Assembly: GCA_047495785.1 (NCBI GenBank)
Contig: JBLDXI010000054.1
Location: forward strand, 2,232,001-2,296,000
Direction: 5' to 3'
Length of the DNA: 64,000 nucleotides
Source: Lepidodermella squamata
Taxonomy: Eukaryota > Animalia > Gastrotricha
Made by a program: the position numbers and the translations under genes. Positions 57,942-64,000 of the stretch are shown here, one piece after another; the first letter of the stretch is position 1; the number at the start of each line of letters is the position of its first letter. The notes below the pieces were generated by a model. It did no database searches. It was given only the letters and a program-made list of their open reading frames with translations, and had not been told where the DNA came from.

Positions 57942-60900
57942 TTAACGATCTTTCAAGTCGCAGCCATAAACATCGTAACTTCCATCGAGTATGCAGTATC
58001 TTGACCAATATGTCATTGCTAAAAGACAGGAGCACTTATGTTCGCGACCACAGTTGTAGAATAGCGACTCGTCAACCCTGAATGGAAACAAGAAAGATCT
58101 GCATTCATTTTCATAAGACCCGCCAGCTCGGCAAGGGCATAGTATCAGTTGCGAGAAAGTGGCAAGACCTAGCATGTGCTTGATAAGCTGATATTGAACA
58201 GGTTCATTACGGGGTGACAACTGCCGAGCGAAAGTTAACGCCGTATTTCCATCAGTGCTTTTCGCAAACGCGTTGGCTCCCATTGACAGCAGGAATTTCA
58301 TTGTATCCGCATGGCCCTGTTTAACTGCAAACATCAAGGCTGTATCGCCGTTGCTTCTGCTTGCGTTAATATTTGCTCCTTTTTCGAGCAACAGTTTCGC
58401 ATTGATTCCAAACCCGTTGAAAGCAGCATCGCTGAGTGGCGGTAAGTTATCAACCGATCGTCGAGCGTTGGGATCAGCCCCACGGTCTAGCAACAGTTTA
58501 ACATTGTTTTCGTTGGACGAAGCAGCGGCGAGGTGCAGCGGAAAGGAGCCGTAAGTGCTCTCAGCAGCTTTGATATCGGCACCGTGATCCAGGAGAATTT
58601 GAATCAAGGCCGTAGGAGCGTTGGCCAACAGAGCTCGATGAAGAACTGTATAATTCGCAATAGCATAACCAGAATTCAACTTATCGGGGCTTCGCCAGTT
58701 GACGTCAAGACCCAAAGAAAGCAAACGCTTGACCTCTAATGAATTGTGAGCAACAGCAGCTTCCATTACTTGATTTTGAAGAGCGACATTCACCTGAAGG
58801 TATTCAAGAATTATTTAATAATATCGGACTAGTAGATTAATGGAAATTAACTGTTTTCCGTTCCAAAATACTTATCATGGCCCCCACACGGTTTCCTTTG
58901 GCAAAATCGAGAGCACACTTCCCATCGCTTTTCTTGATAGACTTGTCTGCACCACGCTTGACCAGCAATTCAACAATGTTAGTAATCCTCCAGGCAGCTG
59001 CTTCAATAAGAGCTGTAGAGCCGTCTGATCTCAATGCATTGATATTAGCACCAGCGTCTAGAAGCGCATTGACCACGCCTTCGTTCCGAGACCACGCTGC
59101 ATAATGGATAGCCGCATTTCCATTCTCGTCAGTCTCGTCGATGTTAGATACGCGGGGGATCAGAGTTTTCACAGCACTTACATCGCCGATTGCTGACGCC
59201 CTGCGAAGATCAGCGCCCCAAGTAGCACCCTGAGAGAAAAATGTACATACTTCGCCCTGGAGATTAACTTTTCGCTAAAAACTTACATCATCAGGCCATA
59301 TTAGCTTCAAAACTTCAATTTGGCCACCCCTTGCAGCCATATCGATTGCTGTTGCACCTTGCGGGTGCCGCAGTTTCCGGATGGATGTGTCGGCCCCTCG
59401 TCCCATTAGCACCTTGACAACAGCTGTCGCACCGTACCAGGCAGCCTCGATTAGGGCCGATGAACCGTCAGTTCGCAACGCATTAACGCTGACACCTGCA
59501 TCAAGCAAAGCGGCTACAACAGCGGCGTGATTTCCCTGCGCGGCTTTGTGTATCGCCATATTGCCATCTGAATCTTGCCACGTCAGATCAACGTTAGGCA
59601 TCGAAATCAAGCGTTTGACCTCTGGCAAGTCACCGCGCCCAGCAGCATCAATCAGTGCTTTTCGAACTTCAGCTAATGGCAAAGTTGTCGTTGTTATCTT
59701 CGCCGTAGTGGTGGTAGTAGTCGTAGTGGTCGTTGGGTTAGCCTGTTTCGCATCATCATAAACGCATTTTAGTGTAAACAAATATTCCATTCATTTATAA
59801 TCTAACCTGTTTCAGCAATCTGAGAATTGTTGAGTCGCTGGCATAATCAAATGCTGTAAGACCGCTCGAGTCGGCGAGGTTGACCTTGGCTCCTCGTTCG
59901 ATTAACAACCTCACTACATCCGTTGCATCAGAGTCTGCTGCTTCCATCAGTGGCGTGGTTTTGCCGGAACCCAAAGCATTGACGTCAACACCAGCAATCA
60001 ACAGAGCCCTGACTACATCGACGCGATCGTTCGCCGCAGCTCGATGAATCGCCATATCACCATCCGCGTCGCGCCAACTGAGGTCAAGTCTACCTGTTGC
60101 CATCAACCGCCTGACTTTGACCAGATCACCGTCACTGGCAGCATCAACCAGTTGCTGCTGGAGGTCGCGTAAGCTCGGTGTTGTGGTAGTGGTCGTCGTA
60201 GTAGTTGTCGATGTAGTGGTTGTTGTTGCCTTTGAAAATTGAAAGACATTGGCTATAAACTGGATAAACTGGGTTTTTAATCACTCTAATACGCGTACCG
60301 CATTTTTTCCTATAGCAGATAGCAGCCCGGGCTACTAAAATCCCAACCTCGAAATTTTGAAAAGTTCCAAAAATAATTGTTGATGGTGAATCCTTCATAT
60401 CATATGGTGAATCATTTGATGTTTTTGAACCAACTTGACCCCTCAACCCTGGGCTAATATTGGGGATGGGCGATTATTAGTTAATGGGCATCAATCAATC
60501 AATACTATTAGAACAAATACGAAAATCACTAAAAAAGCCGTAATTCTTAGTCTTATTCTTCACCACTGCCCGATAAAACCTTTTTATTCTTCCACACCTT
60601 TAAAGGTAATACTTGGAAATCTGGCTATTGAATTATCACATACCTTGAATCGTCGTCTGTTGAAAACTTCAACTAGGTCATTAGACATAGCGCTAATCTG
60701 ATCATCCCTGAAATCTGAAACATCGACCCCTTTATCGATGAGCAATCTAGCAATGCTCTCGTGTTTCTTTCCGACAGCAACACTCATCGCTGTTTCGCCG
60801 GACAAAGATTTTGCATTAACGTTGGCTCCGCGATTGAGAAGAAGCCGGACAGTATCTATTCTTCCTTTCTCAGCAGCTAGTATTAACGCTGTAGATTCGG

Positions 60901-63900
60901 AACGATCTTCCTTGGCGTCCAGACACGCCCCATGGTCTAGCAACAGCTGCACGATATCCACACTGCATTCAGCAGCCGCCATGCCGAGAGGCAGTGAGCC
61001 GAATTTACCCTCTCTGGCGTTGACATTCGCTCTACCATCGACAACAAGCAGTCGAACCAACTCGAACGGGGAGTTCAAGGCAAGAGCTAAATGCAGGGCA
61101 GTACCATTCAGAACTGGCCGATGGGTCAATTCACGCGAGTCTCGCCAGTCAACATTCAAGTAACCCAGGTTCAAAAGCTGCCGAATTTGAGTTGCGTTAG
61201 CTTCAATGATAGCTTGCATCAATTGCCGTTGCTCCACGGTAACATCCTATTACGAAGCATTTGCTTTTCAAATTAAAATAATGACTAAATTGATTACCTT
61301 TTGACTACACCGTCCAAAGCTTGGATGCCAGCTAGAATTAGCTCCACATGATGAACCGTGTGAACCATCAACAACTTCAAAACCGAGGTTGCAGTGTAAA
61401 AATGAGACAGAGCCAGGCGGGGATGCAGTGTTCGGCAGCATAACCCGTCCGTCGACCGAAATGAGTTTCCCATTCGAGATTTCAGGAGTCGTACACGAGC
61501 CTTTCGGAAGAATAAAATAATCACTAATCACAACATGAATTGTTCGTTAACAAACCAATTTCGGAACAAGTTCCAGGCGCTGACCACGTATTATTTGAAC
61601 GGCAAACAATGAAATCTGTACCGCGAAGTTCATAGCCACTGTCACATGAAACAGCTAAAATCGTAGCCGCTTCATAGATATCCACGGGAGCGTTCGCGAC
61701 ATCGATGCGCCCATGAAGGATGGCGGGGATATCCTTACATCCTTGCGGAGGAGCTGAAAATGTTAGCGAACTTTAGCTATATCTAGAACAAGACAGCATT
61801 CAACTAACCATCAACGCATCGACCAGGTTCAGACCAGGTGCCAGTCTCCAGACAAGTGATGGTATTAGACCCTTCAAGAATTGAACCTTGGAGGCACTCA
61901 AAAGTGACAGAGGTTCCAACAGTCATCGGGAGCTCAGGCATATCAGACATTGCTGCATTTTCTGGTATCGCAATTTCATCGCTACAGGCTGAAAACGAAA
62001 ATTTTGATTTGAAATTAAAATACACAAACAATTAGTGTCTCACTCGGTTGAATACAAGCCCCCTCGCTGACCCATGTTCCATTATCCAAGCAAGCAATAA
62101 TGTTCGTGCCTTCCAGCTCGAATCCTGACATGCAATTAAAAGTAGCGGTTATTGACTGGTATCCGGGGAGATCTCTTGAATTCGATCCGACGACGGCATT
62201 CTCAGGGACAGGCACATCAGTTGGACAGGCTATGGTAAACAAATATAACGCAGGGTACTGAGCTGCAAAACAACTTACGAATCACGCATCGTCCTTTCAA
62301 GCTCCAAGAATTTGTTGCAGTGATAAAGCAAACGTCGTGAGAGCCGATTAGAGAAAACCCGTCGTCGCAAATGATTGAACCACAGCACGAGTCGGGCGCA
62401 TACTGGATCTTACCATGCGAAAGCCTCTTCGGCCTCGGGGTTAACACTAAAATATAATGAGCATAAATATATTTTAGTTTGGCTAGTTTAGCAAACTAGT
62501 GGCGAACAACTCTTAAATTAAGGGTTCTAAATTTCGTTAAAAAGCCTACCTCTTAGTTTGACGATTTCGGCGCGTTCATCCCCACATCCACTTTGCGGCG
62601 ACAGGCTCGAACAGCGACTAAACTTGGCGAATAACTGGACGAGTTTGTTGTAGCCAGCAGCCGATGCCCACTCAGAGGGCGAGTTTCCGTCTTCATCAGC
62701 CTCGCATGTCGCATTGTATTTAGTTAGCAAGAGCTCGATCAGCGGGACGCAGTTTTGCTCAATCGCCATCCAGAGAAGTGTTTTGCCGCGTTGATTCTTA
62801 TGAGACAGCGCAGATTTGAGTTGATCGGGGTTCAACCCAGATAGAAGAGAATCGATCATTTCAACGCCGTTGTCGTAACACCTCGCTGACTGATGAAGCA
62901 TTGATCGGCTGGTTTCATCATCCTGGACAAGAGACGCGTAGTTTGAACGCGTAAACGCCTGGATTAGTTGGTTGTTTTCCGACTTCACCGCCAGCCCGAA
63001 TGGAGTGTCACCGTTCTTGTTTTTCTCTGTATGCAGGCCAGCGGAAGCTTCAAGCGAAAAAATGTTAGCAACCATTTCGGCATTTCCGTTCAAGACAGCT
63101 AGATGAAGGGCGTTGTCACCTGTGATTGAGTTGGGCAATTTTACGAGACTTGAATTAGCTTCAGCCAAAACCGAGAAGCATTGAGTCAGGTTTCTCTGAA
63201 CAGCAAGCAGCATCGGCGTGTTGCCTTTCGAATCAAATTTTGCCAGATCCATCGAACCGGCGAACTCTTTCAGAAAAGCAGCATGATTTCTCCCTACAGC
63301 CAGATGAGCCACCGTTTGATCCAGGCTGTTCACAGCCGATAAGTCAGCATTCCGTGTTTTAACAAGGTAACGAATGAATTCGATTGGCTTTCCTTCATCG
63401 ACAGCGACTAATAGAGGCGTCATACCAGTAGGACCTTCGAAGCCATCAGACGGCCAAGTTGGGAGGTTGATATCGCTGAAGCCAGCCTTCTCAAATAGAA
63501 AATCCACTGCTTCAATCGAGCTGGCGAGGTGCAATGCCGAATAGCCGCGAATATCGGTAACCCGGCTATCAATAGTGAACTCGTCATCAGTCAGCACCTT
63601 GGCGAAGGAGATGGCATTTGATGCGATCGCCGTTAGGAATGGAGTCCTGCCCATGCTATCCTTTTCATCAGCCAAGCCCGGGAATTTGGCGAGAAGCTTG
63701 CTAGCAATTTGCTTGCTGGTTGCATCACTTATTTTCATCGCACGTAAATCGGTGTCAGGCAGCAACGCCATGGCATGAAGAGCGTTGCCAACTTTAGAAA
63801 ACGCTTCGGCAGAATCTTCTATTTTCGCCTTGAGAAGCTCATCGAGAACGTTGATTTTCCTCAGGAATGCAGCAAGGTGTAGCAAAGAGCCGATGCCTTT

Positions 63901-64000
63901 CGAGATTTTCTGGCGATTAGCGGTCGTCAATTGGCATTGCAAGGCAACTGAGTTCGGCTTGTTTTGAAAGTACTTTCTAATGAAAATGAAGAAGCCCTTT
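57942..64000 (-). CDS. Large ankyrin-repeat / sushi (CCP) multidomain protein, 5' end beyond the window
   Basis: Exons >63942-62550, 62446-62279, 62229-~62044, ~61989-61810, ~61753-61557, ~61500-61298, 61246-60644, 60229-59807, 59742-59287, 59229-58852 and 58793-57942 join in phase. Ankyrin G.TPLH.A repeats; five sushi exons (C..GF.L.G...C...W...C). Confidence 0.85.

Overview
Gene-dense DNA from a compact invertebrate (metazoan) nuclear genome, not a prokaryote. Evidence: AT-rich GT-AG introns mostly 45-300 bp, and animal-type genes (ASZ1/GASZ, Cys-loop receptor, class C GPCR, type I ferlin, sushi domains). The species cannot be identified from sequence alone. Left to right: 3' end of an ASZ1-like gene; a 7-exon SANTA-domain gene (KNL2/M18BP1-like) ending in four Myb repeats; an intronless GABA-B-like GPCR; an SLC37 transporter; an intronless Cys-loop channel; four tightly packed minus-strand housekeeping genes (SEH1, UBE2N, METTL5, NOPCHAP1-like); an ~18 kb tandem array of LRR-like proteins with a MYND zinc finger inserted near the C-terminus (5 apparently intact, 2 damaged), interleaved with Mutator and possible Helitron debris; a DysF-containing ferlin whose introns host degraded elements; phosducin-like PDCL; two orphan genes; a palindromic MITE; and a large gene running off the right edge whose exons join in phase into ankyrin + 5 sushi + Thr-stalk + ankyrin blocks + FN2-like end. 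The best candidates for an undescribed system are the LRR-MYND array and the apparently extracellular ankyrin-sushi protein; operon-like packing suggestive of trans-splicing is a third. All exon structures were read by eye and no database searches were run.
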